IMG/VR virus record: IMGVR_UViG_3300013132_000031
Coordinates: 32,001-96,000 of that record
Source: a virus
Length of the DNA stretch: 64,000 nt
Strand: one strand, 5' to 3'
Shown here piece by piece: positions 1 through 8,508 of this stretch (position 1 is its first letter; each line of letters begins with the position of its first letter). The position numbers and the translations under genes are program-made. The notes under the pieces were generated by a model. That model saw nothing but the letters and a program-made list of their open reading frames with translations, searched no databases and had not been told where the DNA came from.

Positions 1-509
1 TCAGCGTCAATCAACTTGTCCCGCATCAAGGTGTGCATGAGCCAGGATCTGTGTGATTTGGCATTGCGGTTCAAACACCCAATACGTCCCGAGCGTGGAT
101 GGTCTGCAAGATTTTGCCAATTTGGATATTGGTGATAAGGGATCATCAAGAAGGCTGGATAGTACACACAATTGGGCATATTGTCAAACCAGTGTTGAGC
201 ACGTGAACTCAACAGCACTATGCGAGATTTTGGAAAATACGGTTTTAACTCTTCAAGATAATTTTGTATCTGCTTGTTGCTTAGTCGTATTGGATCCCAG
301 GTAGCATCAATGAAAATCAGTCGAGCATGACTGATGCTGTCACGCAGTGCTCTGCACTTGGAAAAAAAGGCAGGGAAGTCAGCTTTTTTCAAACTGTGTA
401 AAAAAGGAGTGTTTCTAAAAATCACACTGTGCTGTGGCAGTGCCCGTCCTACCTGCCACGGGGTTTGGTCAAGTTCAGCTTGACTGTTGCTAAAGGAAAA
501 TACAAGCAT
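1..509 (-). CDS. GT10/fucosyltransferase-like family protein, 3' end truncated by window edge
   Basis: Manual translation from ATG at 509 is open to base 1 (MLVFSFSNSQ...GRIGCLNRNAKSHRSWLMHTL). The CLNR..+.HR motif matches the paralogue at 37523..38380 (MCLNNRRRSHR). Confidence 0.55.
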   Translation of the reverse strand, partial: MLVFSFSNSQAELDQTPWQVGRALPQHSVIFRNTPFLHSLKKADFPAFFSKCRALRDSISHARLIFIDATWDPIRLSNKQIQNYLEELKPYFPKSRIVLLSSRAQHWFDNMPNCVYYPAFLMIPYHQYPNWQNLADHPRSGRIGCLNRNAKSHRSWLMHTLMRDKLIDA

Positions 510-526
510 GAAATGCTGTCAATGAG

Positions 527-964
527 TTATTGGCACCAGGACGTTTTGGCTTCGCCGTAGTATTCTCTGGCATAGCCATTGGCGATCAGCATCTGTCGCA
601 GACTTTGGCCATTTAGAATGACATCTCCCAGTACACGACCACCGTACTTGTCCCAATCCATGAGAATGATCTGACGCTGGGTGGCCTGTGCAACAGCATT
701 TTTAGTGAAAGCGGAGGCGGCTTGCCCTCGAGCGTTTTCACTTTCGCATTGAGCTCGATGTCCTTTTTCTGGAGTATCAACGCCAAACACTCGGATTGAG
801 AGTTCAGGCTTGAGTGGGGCTGGTAGAAAGGGTGCGCGAAAGGCCACTGTGTCACCGTCTATGACTCTGGTGATTTCAGCGTCATAGGTCACACCAGGTC
901 GTTGTTTGGGTTGTGCTAGAGCCAATGTAGGCACTATGAGTAACAGCAGGAGTAATTTTTTCAT
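527..964 (-). CDS. Secreted thermonuclease (SNase family) with signal peptide
   Basis: RVIDGDT, IRVFGVDTPE, DKYGGRVLG and MLIANGYA SNase motifs. Start reassigned to MKKLLLLLLIVPTLALA (Sec signal) because the upstream extension overlaps the previous gene. Confidence 0.9.
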   Translation of the reverse strand: MKKLLLLLLIVPTLALAQPKQRPGVTYDAEITRVIDGDTVAFRAPFLPAPLKPELSIRVFGVDTPEKGHRAQCESENARGQAASAFTKNAVAQATQRQIILMDWDKYGGRVLGDVILNGQSLRQMLIANGYAREYYGEAKTSWCQ

Positions 965-968
965 AATG

Positions 969-1355
969 TTATCGAGGATATCCTGCAAAGGCTTTGACAG
1001 GACTGGTGGTGGCCACAAAATCAGGCTCCTCACTGTCTGGAGTTGAGACCGGGCGTTTGCCGCCAGGAGTGTCGGTCATGGTCAAAGCAGCGTCAATGAT
1101 TTTTTCAATGCCCCCATTGAATCCGGCTACCACAGCATGCTCACCAAATGCAGTTTCTGCAGACCATTCGGGCATGTGTGGGTTTACCCCATCCTTGCGA
1201 TATTCACTTCTGGCACGAGCCATGGCCACGCCCATGCGATATGTACGATAAGGATCGCTAGAACCCAACCCTGGCAACGTGTAGGTCCAACGCATGGGCT
1301 CTCGGCTCTCATCTGGCAACTCACGTTGCTCTGTGATAAATTCTTGAGCTCTCAT
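969..1355 (-). CDS. Hypothetical putative internal head protein (paralogue B)
   Basis: N-terminal MRAQEFITE resembles a T4 capsid-targeting sequence; C-terminal TTSPVKAFAGYPR is shared with the next gene. Confidence 0.6.
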   Translation of the reverse strand: MRAQEFITEQRELPDESREPMRWTYTLPGLGSSDPYRTYRMGVAMARARSEYRKDGVNPHMPEWSAETAFGEHAVVAGFNGGIEKIIDAALTMTDTPGGKRPVSTPDSEEPDFVATTSPVKAFAGYPR

Positions 1356-1723
1356 CTGGGATACCCTGCAAAGGCTTTGACAGGGCTGGTGGTGTGCACC
1401 GCAGGATGTTCTTGACTGCGCAGGTCACCGTGATTGATATCAACATAAGTGCTGCCAATGGCTTTGTATGCCATGTTTAATTTTTGTTGATCTTGCTTTG
1501 TGTATGCTGCTGCAATATTGTGGCGTCCTGCCCATGACTCGCCATCCAGGTCAGGAACAAATGTGCCGTCAGTTGAGGCCGCTGCCATCATCACACGGTT
1601 GAGTTCGTACACACGGTCAGCAAACTTGTTGTCGCGAAACTTGTTCAAGCCCACCGTGGCCTGATTCTGACGCTTGCTCATTTTGCCCACCGTGTCTTCG
1701 GTCACAAACTCAGTTGCTCTCAT
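1352..1723 (-). CDS. Hypothetical putative internal head protein (paralogue A)
   Basis: N-terminal MRATEFVTE, identical C-terminal TTSPVKAFAGYPR, ATGA overlap with the downstream gene. Confidence 0.6.
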   Translation of the reverse strand: MRATEFVTEDTVGKMSKRQNQATVGLNKFRDNKFADRVYELNRVMMAAASTDGTFVPDLDGESWAGRHNIAAAYTKQDQQKLNMAYKAIGSTYVDINHGDLRSQEHPAVHTTSPVKAFAGYPR

Positions 1724-1724
1724 A

Positions 1725-2072
1725 TTATGTGGCTGGAGTTGCTATACCATTACTGGCTGCTGTGGCACTTGATGCAGTGCCCAAGGCAGTGGCAGTAAAG
1801 CCGCCTGCACCTGTGAGAATGTTTAGGTAGTTGCCTGTACCCACATAGTATTGTGTCACAGTATTACCTGGCACAGCAATGGCATTGGCATACAAGTTGC
1901 CCACTGGTGTGGTCATGGTGGCGTTGGCAGGTGTGCCATTGACCTGTTGGTACGTCAACTGCACAGCACTGACTTGGAATGTTACATTGCTCAAAGTGGT
2001 GGCAAACTCTACCCGGTCAGTGGTCCATGCCACATTGCTGACTGCGTTGACTACTTGTACTGTTGTGGCCAT
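1725..2072 (-). CDS. Small Thr/Ala/Val-rich beta-type virion protein
   Basis: ORF packed in the operon with structural-protein composition. Confidence 0.55.
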   Translation of the reverse strand: MATTVQVVNAVSNVAWTTDRVEFATTLSNVTFQVSAVQLTYQQVNGTPANATMTTPVGNLYANAIAVPGNTVTQYYVGTGNYLNILTGAGGFTATALGTASSATAASNGIATPAT

Positions 2073-2245
2073 TATTTGTCACCTTGAGGTTTGGACACAA
2101 CTGGTTGAAGCAGTTCTCGTGCTTGATACATCACACCTGGGATTTCCACAGGTGTTTGTTTTACTGCAGGGATTGAGGGTGGCACATAGTTGTTGGCTTT
2201 GCGTTGTGCAATTTCTGCGGCTACTTCACTGTAAGGTCTCATCAT
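2072..2245 (-). CDS. Hypothetical protein
   Basis: Probable start at ATG 2245 downstream of AAGGGA; fills the gap between neighbours. Confidence 0.5.
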   Translation of the reverse strand: MMRPYSEVAAEIAQRKANNYVPPSIPAVKQTPVEIPGVMYQARELLQPVVSKPQGDK

Positions 2246-2250
2246 GATGG

Positions 2251-4653
2251 TTATCCCTTGTATGTTTTCCATTGGTTGGTGAGAGCAAAAATGCTTTCAC
2301 GAACTTTTTCCATGTCGCCGTCACCGTCTAAATCAGCTTGTTTTTTGCCGGCTGCTTTGGCTTTCAGTACATTGTGTGCAAACTTGTTGCCTTCTTCCAT
2401 GTCGGCTTCGTCAACTTCTTTTTTGGCTTCGCGGATGCCGGCCATTTCACGCATGCGCTGAATGCTTTCTTTCACGCTGTCTTCTTCGTTCATATCATCA
2501 GCAGCGTCTTTCATGCTTTCTTTTTTGTTGCCATCTTTGTCCATGTCCAAGAAGTCAGGCTTGGCTGCTTCTGCCAGTCCAGCCATTTCTATCATTCTAC
2601 GCAAGGCATCTTCGTCTTGTGTGTGAACTGCTGTGTTGGGAATGGTAGTTTGTCCATCACCAGCAACATCTGTCTTGGGCTTGTTAATGCCACCTGCGTA
2701 TTGCAGTGCATCACTGGAAGTTTGAGTGTTGGTAGGATAGTCTGGAGCATTTTCATCCACTGCTTCGGCCATGCCACTGTGCATGTCATGATCATGACCG
2801 CCCACACCAGCTGATTTCAGCATCATGGCCAATTTCAAGGCGTCTTCGTCTGTGGCTGTGACTGTGAGGCTTTTGCCGCCTTCGGTTGAGTTACTCATAT
2901 TGATGCTCATGCTTTCGGCAATCATGGTTTCCAATTCACGATTCATTGAGTCGTAAATGCCTTTGCCAAAACTCATGCCTCCAGATTTGGCTGGTTTGAC
3001 ATCTACTTTGCCTTTGTCTAATGTGGTACTGATTCTACCGGTGCTGGAACTGGTTGAAGTTTTTCCTGGTCCAGTTTGTGTAGTAGTCAATCTACCGTCT
3101 TTAGAGTTCTCATCAACTTCTTTCTTGTCGACCTTGTCTGGCAGGCCTTTGTGCTTGGTCTTGGCAAAGTCTTCAGTGTCTTTTGGCTTCATGGTCCGGG
3201 CAACTTTTTTCAGCTCTTTGCTGGCGCCTTTGATCTTTTCACCTTTTTGCATGGCATGTGCCATGCCCATGAACTTTTGTTGTTGCTTGCTGACAGCTTT
3301 TTCAGCAATGGGTTCTTGATCATTGCCTTGTGCTGCCATGTAATCACGTGCGGTGTCCAGGTAATCCATGGCCTTGTTGATCTTGCTCTGCACCCATTCT
3401 GGCAAGTTGTCGTCAGCGTCAATGATGCTTTGCAGTTCGTTGGCTGCTGATTCAATGGTGTCAATGTCATCAAGAGCCATGTCGCCTTCGCGATCGTATT
3501 CGCCTTTTTCTGCTGGATCGTCTTCACCTTCCCGGGTCATCAACTTGGATTTTCTCTGAAAAACTTTTGCCTTGCTGCTGACATTTTTGGAACCTTCAGG
3601 ACGACCAGCTTTGGTCTGCTTTTGTTTTTTGTTGCCTTCGTCATCGGTTTCAGGATCCACACTGAGACCTTGATCATCTGTACGACGTGTCACAACACGG
3701 CCTGTGGCTGTGTGTTTGATGTCATGCTTGTGACCACGTTCAACTGAACCAACCTTGGGTGCATCTTTTCTTGGTGACTTGTAGTCAAATGCGTTGTCTT
3801 CATCCATCTCAGCGTCACGACCTCGACCGCCACCCAGGGCACTGCGCATGGCTTCGGCAGCCACATCGCCTAGCATTTCGTCAACTTCTTTTTTGGCGCC
3901 GGCAATCTTGTCGGCAAAAGTGATTTTGTCGGCAGGTGGTGCCAGTTTGGCAAATGACTTTTGCTTGGCAGTCATCGGAGCACCGGCTTCAGGCAAGTTG
4001 GGTTCTGCATGGGTGCCACGTGCGGCTTTGATGCTGCCTTTGAGACTGGAGATTTGATCTCTTGATGGCATGCCTTTTCTTGGTCCACGATCTAATATGT
4101 TATTTTTTATTCCTGAGCGACCAATACCTTGTCCTCTTTTTAACGGGTCAGTACTGGGAAATTCGCCTCCACCTATTTTGCGTTTTCTACCAGCATAGTC
4201 ATCGGGTTTTGGATTATAGTAGGCATCATCCATATCAGGACCGTACGTGTAGTCTGGTGGTTCCTGGGTGTACAACTTGTCTTTGTACTTGGGGGCGCGG
4301 TACTTGGCTGCTTCTGTGGTTTTTTGTTCAGGTTTCTTGTCTGTTTCCTTGACGGGTCTGCCTTGCTCAGCAGCCTTGCGCTTATAGGCTGGAATGTTGA
4401 CGGGGTTAGTAGGGTCCAGATCCTTTAAACGATCTTCGATACCTTCATCGTACTTGTCGTATTTTTTTCTAATGGGATCAAGAGCTTTGCCTTCGCGACC
4501 AGCCTTGGCCAATGCTTCCATGCCTTGTTTGCCATACTTTTCATAGCCCTTGGCAGCACGACTCATGTCACGCTCATTTAGTTGTTGATGTGTGACTTCG
4601 GGTGTGGCACGAATGCTGTCTAGTTTTTTATTTAAATCGTAAAAGAAACTCAT
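2251..4653 (-). CDS. Large charged modular protein, putative prohead-processed internal protein (DUF3008-like segment, DxDxDG loops)
   Basis: 800 aa, K/E/D-rich; AVSKQQQKFMG...DFAKTKHKGLP resembles DUF3008; DMDKDG and DLDGDG loops; many hydrophobic-x-E sites. Confidence 0.65.
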   Translation of the reverse strand: MSFFYDLNKKLDSIRATPEVTHQQLNERDMSRAAKGYEKYGKQGMEALAKAGREGKALDPIRKKYDKYDEGIEDRLKDLDPTNPVNIPAYKRKAAEQGRPVKETDKKPEQKTTEAAKYRAPKYKDKLYTQEPPDYTYGPDMDDAYYNPKPDDYAGRKRKIGGGEFPSTDPLKRGQGIGRSGIKNNILDRGPRKGMPSRDQISSLKGSIKAARGTHAEPNLPEAGAPMTAKQKSFAKLAPPADKITFADKIAGAKKEVDEMLGDVAAEAMRSALGGGRGRDAEMDEDNAFDYKSPRKDAPKVGSVERGHKHDIKHTATGRVVTRRTDDQGLSVDPETDDEGNKKQKQTKAGRPEGSKNVSSKAKVFQRKSKLMTREGEDDPAEKGEYDREGDMALDDIDTIESAANELQSIIDADDNLPEWVQSKINKAMDYLDTARDYMAAQGNDQEPIAEKAVSKQQQKFMGMAHAMQKGEKIKGASKELKKVARTMKPKDTEDFAKTKHKGLPDKVDKKEVDENSKDGRLTTTQTGPGKTSTSSSTGRISTTLDKGKVDVKPAKSGGMSFGKGIYDSMNRELETMIAESMSINMSNSTEGGKSLTVTATDEDALKLAMMLKSAGVGGHDHDMHSGMAEAVDENAPDYPTNTQTSSDALQYAGGINKPKTDVAGDGQTTIPNTAVHTQDEDALRRMIEMAGLAEAAKPDFLDMDKDGNKKESMKDAADDMNEEDSVKESIQRMREMAGIREAKKEVDEADMEEGNKFAHNVLKAKAAGKKQADLDGDGDMEKVRESIFALTNQWKTYKG

Positions 4654-4659
4654 TTTGTA

Positions 4660-5268
4660 TTATCCTCGGGGTTGTGCGCCAGTGCTTGGCTTGGGTGGAC
4701 GTTTGATATTGCTCATTGGACTCTTGTTGCCCGTTGGAATATCATTTGTGGTTCGGGCTGCAGGTGTTCGACCACCAGCCACTGTGAAATCTGTACGGTA
4801 TGCGTTTTTCAACACAGCATGATCGTATGGACCGGTAGCATAGTCTTTCTTCAGGGCTCGCTGTTCAGCATCGAGCGCAGGATAATCAGTGTCAGTCAAC
4901 AGGTCTTTGTTTTCTGCTTCAACCTTGTTGGCCTCGTCAACCAGGCCGTCAACATAATTTTGTGTTTGCATCACAATGTGATTGGGATCAAAGCCCAACA
5001 ATTGTGCCAGTTGTTTAATCTGTGGCTCAATGGCTGGATACTTGAAACTTACATCAAACATGGACACACTGTCATTGGGATTGTTGGGAAAGTCAGTCAG
5101 CACTTTTTGTATGGGTGTGGTTTTTACGTCGCCCATGCTCACTGGATCAAATTGATCCAGTTTTTGTTTGAGATCACGAATCAACTCCGCAGACGGTTTG
5201 CCCAGAAGTTTAATACGATAATCGTAAGTGCGCTCACTTTCGGCTAGGTATTGTGCAAATTTTTTCAT
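4660..5268 (-). CDS. Hypothetical putative head protein
   Basis: N-terminal MKKFAQYLAE resembles the T4 internal-protein targeting sequence; late promoter at 5286-5291. Confidence 0.6.
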   Translation of the reverse strand: MKKFAQYLAESERTYDYRIKLLGKPSAELIRDLKQKLDQFDPVSMGDVKTTPIQKVLTDFPNNPNDSVSMFDVSFKYPAIEPQIKQLAQLLGFDPNHIVMQTQNYVDGLVDEANKVEAENKDLLTDTDYPALDAEQRALKKDYATGPYDHAVLKNAYRTDFTVAGGRTPAARTTNDIPTGNKSPMSNIKRPPKPSTGAQPRG

Positions 5269-5288
5269 GTCAGGTTCCTGTAGGGTAT

Positions 5289-5810
5289 TTATTCTTTTTT
5301 GTCATTTTGATCTTTGCTGAGTCGCAATCGGTCCAAGAGATCATTACGACTCAGCACCATGCCCTGTGCTGTTTGCATGGCTTCGCCCGTGCCAGCATCT
5401 GCTGCTTTGGCGTCTATAACTTGTTGTTGCTGATCCAGGCGCATTTTTTTCATCTGCAGATCAATCATCTTGAGCTTTTTGTCTAGCTTGGCTGTTTTTG
5501 CTGTGATTGCATGCCCCAGCATGTTGCTGGCCACTGAGAATATTTCGCTGGCAAATCTTGAATCAACTTGCATGCCAAGGTCCATGAGATCTTTGTAGCT
5601 GTCTTTGGCCAGTTCAGCCAGGCCGTCCATTTCTTCATCACTGCTTTCAAGTCCGCGCACACCAGGTAAAGCAGTGTCTATTTTGTCTATGTTTTCGTCC
5701 AGGATTTGCAGTTGTGTGCGCAGGTCCGCCACAGGGGGGCTGCCAGCATCAGTTTCGGAGGAGTCCTCTGATGGGGGTAATTCAAACAGTTCTTCCAGTT
5801 TACGAGTCAT
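5289..5810 (-). CDS. Coiled-coil protein, possible terminase small subunit
   Basis: Helical 173 aa protein next to gp4 with its own late promoter. The function is a guess from size and context. Confidence 0.35.
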   Translation of the reverse strand: MTRKLEELFELPPSEDSSETDAGSPPVADLRTQLQILDENIDKIDTALPGVRGLESSDEEMDGLAELAKDSYKDLMDLGMQVDSRFASEIFSVASNMLGHAITAKTAKLDKKLKMIDLQMKKMRLDQQQQVIDAKAADAGTGEAMQTAQGMVLSRNDLLDRLRLSKDQNDKKE

Positions 5811-5814
5811 GCCA

Positions 5815-5820
5815 TATTTA
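5815..5820 (-). promoter_or_regulatory. T4-type late promoter TAAATA, 4 nt upstream of ATG
   Basis: TATTTA on the + strand; one of about 18 recurrences upstream of late genes. Confidence 0.7.
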
Positions 5821-5824
5821 GTGG

Positions 5825-6256
5825 CTATTTTTTTCCGTTATGAAACATTTGGTCTTCAGTGATCACTCTAAAAGTGATGCCATTTTTCTGAGCCCATTTG
5901 GTTGCAGCCGCCCATTTGGCATAGTTGATGGCCACAACAGCACGGTCTCGACTGCTCATTTTTGATTCAACCACACTTTGTTTTTTGGGTTTGATTTCAA
6001 TCAACTCTGCTCGCATGATGTTGTCACGTGTGCGATAAGTGATCAGAAAGTCTGGAATGTACTGTGTGCCTTTGCCAGTGAGTGGGTGCCGATAAGGTAT
6101 GGCAATGCTTTCACTGGCCCATTGCAAGATATGATCATTGGTGTCGCAGAATTTCATAAAACTGAATTCCCAACCAGATCTATAACGCGGCTTGCCTTTG
6201 CCCACGTATTTGTCTGCGTTCAGCACTTCATAATATCCCTGGGCCCAGTGACTCAT
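5825..6256 (-). CDS. gp4: Head completion nuclease (T4 gp4/TnsA-like)
   Basis: KYVG..YRSGWE..FCD..WASE..IPY..YIPDF..EIKP..NYAKW..ITED signature. Confidence 0.9.
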   Translation of the reverse strand: MSHWAQGYYEVLNADKYVGKGKPRYRSGWEFSFMKFCDTNDHILQWASESIAIPYRHPLTGKGTQYIPDFLITYRTRDNIMRAELIEIKPKKQSVVESKMSSRDRAVVAINYAKWAAATKWAQKNGITFRVITEDQMFHNGKK

Positions 6257-6612
6257 GGCAGTACATTTCTGGCTTGATAAAAGTTTGGCACCACTGCTGA
6301 CCCCACGCCCAGCAGTGTGGCTCGTGATCGTATGTTGTTGAGATAGTAGGCTAAACTGACATCAATTTTCAATCCTGTGTTGGACTGCATTTGTTGCAAC
6401 AATGTCAGTGCTGAGATTTGGGTTTGTTCAGCAACTCTAAACAAGCTCACAGTAAAATTTCCTGCGGCTTGTTTGGTTTTCATCACGCTTAAAAAATAGC
6501 TGTACACAATGTCATATTCAGCAGCAGGAATGTTGGCGTCATAGTCATAAAAACTGTCAAACACACGCACAGTTTGATCAATGTTGGTATTGGCATAATT
6601 TACTGTGGTCAT
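6253..6612 (-). CDS. Hypothetical protein (tail region)
   Basis: ORF overlapping the gp4 start (ATGA). Confidence 0.6.
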   Translation of the reverse strand: MTTVNYANTNIDQTVRVFDSFYDYDANIPAAEYDIVYSYFLSVMKTKQAAGNFTVSLFRVAEQTQISALTLLQQMQSNTGLKIDVSLAYYLNNIRSRATLLGVGSAVVPNFYQARNVLP

Positions 6613-6615
6613 GAT

Positions 6616-7818
6616 TTAGATAGCCCCAGGGTTTTGTCTTCGAGCAGCGGCTTCGTTGGCTTGTTTGGTGGCTTGATCACGCTCAGCCTGTGCTCGAGGA
6701 AACAACCAACCATCAGCTTTGTTGGTCACTGCTTTTGTGGCGTCAGGAAGACCTTGAACCAAAACATTCTTGCCCAGGGCCTTGGCTTCACTGCGAGCAA
6801 TGGAGGAAATGTTTTTGTTCTTGTATGTTTGATTTAGTCTGGCACCTTTTTGCACAGCACCAATCAAGCCCAGCACTGAACCACTTTGCAGATCGCCAAT
6901 GATGCCAGCGCCAGTTTCCAACAGCCCGCCTTGTCCAAACACTGTGGTAGTGCTGCCTGGTCTAGCAATAGGACTGGTGGTTTTGTCATAGTGTGCAGGA
7001 TCAGCAAAACCTATCACATTGGCGTCGCCACCGTTGCGTGGATCTCCAACTGCACCAGAATAATATTTCACAGTTTCGTAAGCCACGGTCATTGAATTTT
7101 GCATGATGCCGCCACCTTCAGCATAGTTGTATTGGTCATGACTCCAGTTTGTAATCAAGGGATTGATCAAGATGTACTCAGCAAACTTGTGCTGATCCAT
7201 GCCGTAGATTCTGATGTCGCGGAAGAAAGGTGGCTTGCCTGAAGTCAATGTTGATGCGCCATCATTGTATGCTTCACCAATATAGCCCCAGTCGTTGACA
7301 TTGCCCAGACGTTGTTGACTGTAGAGGTCGCGACCAGTGTAGCCAAATCCGGCCACGCGACTGGCATCTTGCCCGTTGCTGCCGTTGTTGTTGTTGGGTT
7401 CTAAATATCTTTGAGCTGGATCTTTGTAGTAATAGCTCATGTAGTAGTACCAAAGTTTTCGTATAAGGTCGTTGCTGGTGTCATGAAACACCACACTCAC
7501 AGGTTCATAGTTTAACTTGGTCTGTACGATTCTTTTGCGATTGTATTGATTTAGTGTTTCTGTTTCAATGTTGTACTTGGGCAAGTCCACAGTTTTCACT
7601 GCTAGGCTTATGTTTTTGATGTCGTCTGGATCAGCAAAGGCGCCGCGCAAAAAAGGCACTTCGGCTGTGTTCAAAGTAAAACTCACATGGAAAAGAAACT
7701 TGAATCTGGGTTTGAGTTCGTAGGCGTTGGTGGTAAACGTTTTGCTTGCGTGAGTGTAATCACGCAAGCTGTTGTTGCCTACGAACCCTTTTAAGAAGTC
7801 CTGGCCAAATGACGGCAT
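6616..7818 (-). CDS. Tail-tube-fold baseplate protein (gp54-like tube initiator)
   Basis: VKTVDLP...NQYNRKR..QTKLNYEPVSVVFHD and terminal MTVAYE tube-like motifs; adjacent to the tube gene. Confidence 0.65.
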   Translation of the reverse strand: MPSFGQDFLKGFVGNNSLRDYTHASKTFTTNAYELKPRFKFLFHVSFTLNTAEVPFLRGAFADPDDIKNISLAVKTVDLPKYNIETETLNQYNRKRIVQTKLNYEPVSVVFHDTSNDLIRKLWYYYMSYYYKDPAQRYLEPNNNNGSNGQDASRVAGFGYTGRDLYSQQRLGNVNDWGYIGEAYNDGASTLTSGKPPFFRDIRIYGMDQHKFAEYILINPLITNWSHDQYNYAEGGGIMQNSMTVAYETVKYYSGAVGDPRNGGDANVIGFADPAHYDKTTSPIARPGSTTTVFGQGGLLETGAGIIGDLQSGSVLGLIGAVQKGARLNQTYKNKNISSIARSEAKALGKNVLVQGLPDATKAVTNKADGWLFPRAQAERDQATKQANEAAARRQNPGAI

Positions 7819-7820
7819 GT

Positions 7821-8447
7821 TTAGACGCCTGAGCCAGTTACCACATCACCTAACGCACGCCCAATTTCAGTGCCAACGCCAGAGCCTTCAGGAGTCTGAT
7901 TGGCATTGTCGTAAGCAATGGTCATGGCAATGGTCACAGCTTCGTTGGTGCCATAATTGAGTTCACCGTAGTCAGCACCTTTGAGGTAGCAGCCATACAA
8001 TTCCCAGGTTTCAAGTATCACAGGTGCATTGGCACCGTTGCCACCATCCAACACTTCAATCTTGGTAAGGAATTTGTAGTCAATGCCAGCTGCGGCTGAA
8101 CTCATTTCCAAGAAGTCCATTTGTTTCTGGAACTGCTCGCCGATCAAACGGCTCACTGCGCCTGACGCATCATCTCGTATGGTACAAGCAATGTCTGTCC
8201 AGGTGTGTCGACCAGCCAGCTTCAATGTTGAGTTGTAGATGGGCAGTGCAATTTCTTCAAAGGTCAAGTTGGGTCGTGCCACGCTGAGCACTTGTTTGGT
8301 TAATTCAGTTCTTGGAGTGCTTACCCCAAAGTTTTCAAACATCACTCTAAAGCGATATCTAAGTTTGGGCATCAACAGGCCTTGAGTGGTAGAACTTTGA
8401 TCACTTGCCAAGGGTACTGTCATTCGCTGTAATGATGAAACGGCCAT
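7821..8447 (-). CDS. gp19: Tail tube protein
   Basis: PKLRYRFRV..LAGRHTW..WELYGC..LNY..TIAYD; follows the sheath gene; AGGAG RBS and TAAATA at 8467-8472. Confidence 0.85.
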   Translation of the reverse strand: MAVSSLQRMTVPLASDQSSTTQGLLMPKLRYRFRVMFENFGVSTPRTELTKQVLSVARPNLTFEEIALPIYNSTLKLAGRHTWTDIACTIRDDASGAVSRLIGEQFQKQMDFLEMSSAAAGIDYKFLTKIEVLDGGNGANAPVILETWELYGCYLKGADYGELNYGTNEAVTIAMTIAYDNANQTPEGSGVGTEIGRALGDVVTGSGV

Positions 8448-8479
8448 TTGTTATCTCCTATATGTTTATTTAGCTGAAT

Positions 8480-8505
8480 AGGTGACCGGAAAAATCCGGT
8501 CACCT
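8480..8505. terminator. Perfect 11-bp hairpin between sheath and tube genes
   Basis: AGGTGACCGGA-AAAA-TCCGGTCACCT. The U-tail is weak, so it may be a stabilising or processing stem instead. Confidence 0.55.
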
Positions 8506-8508
8506 TTA

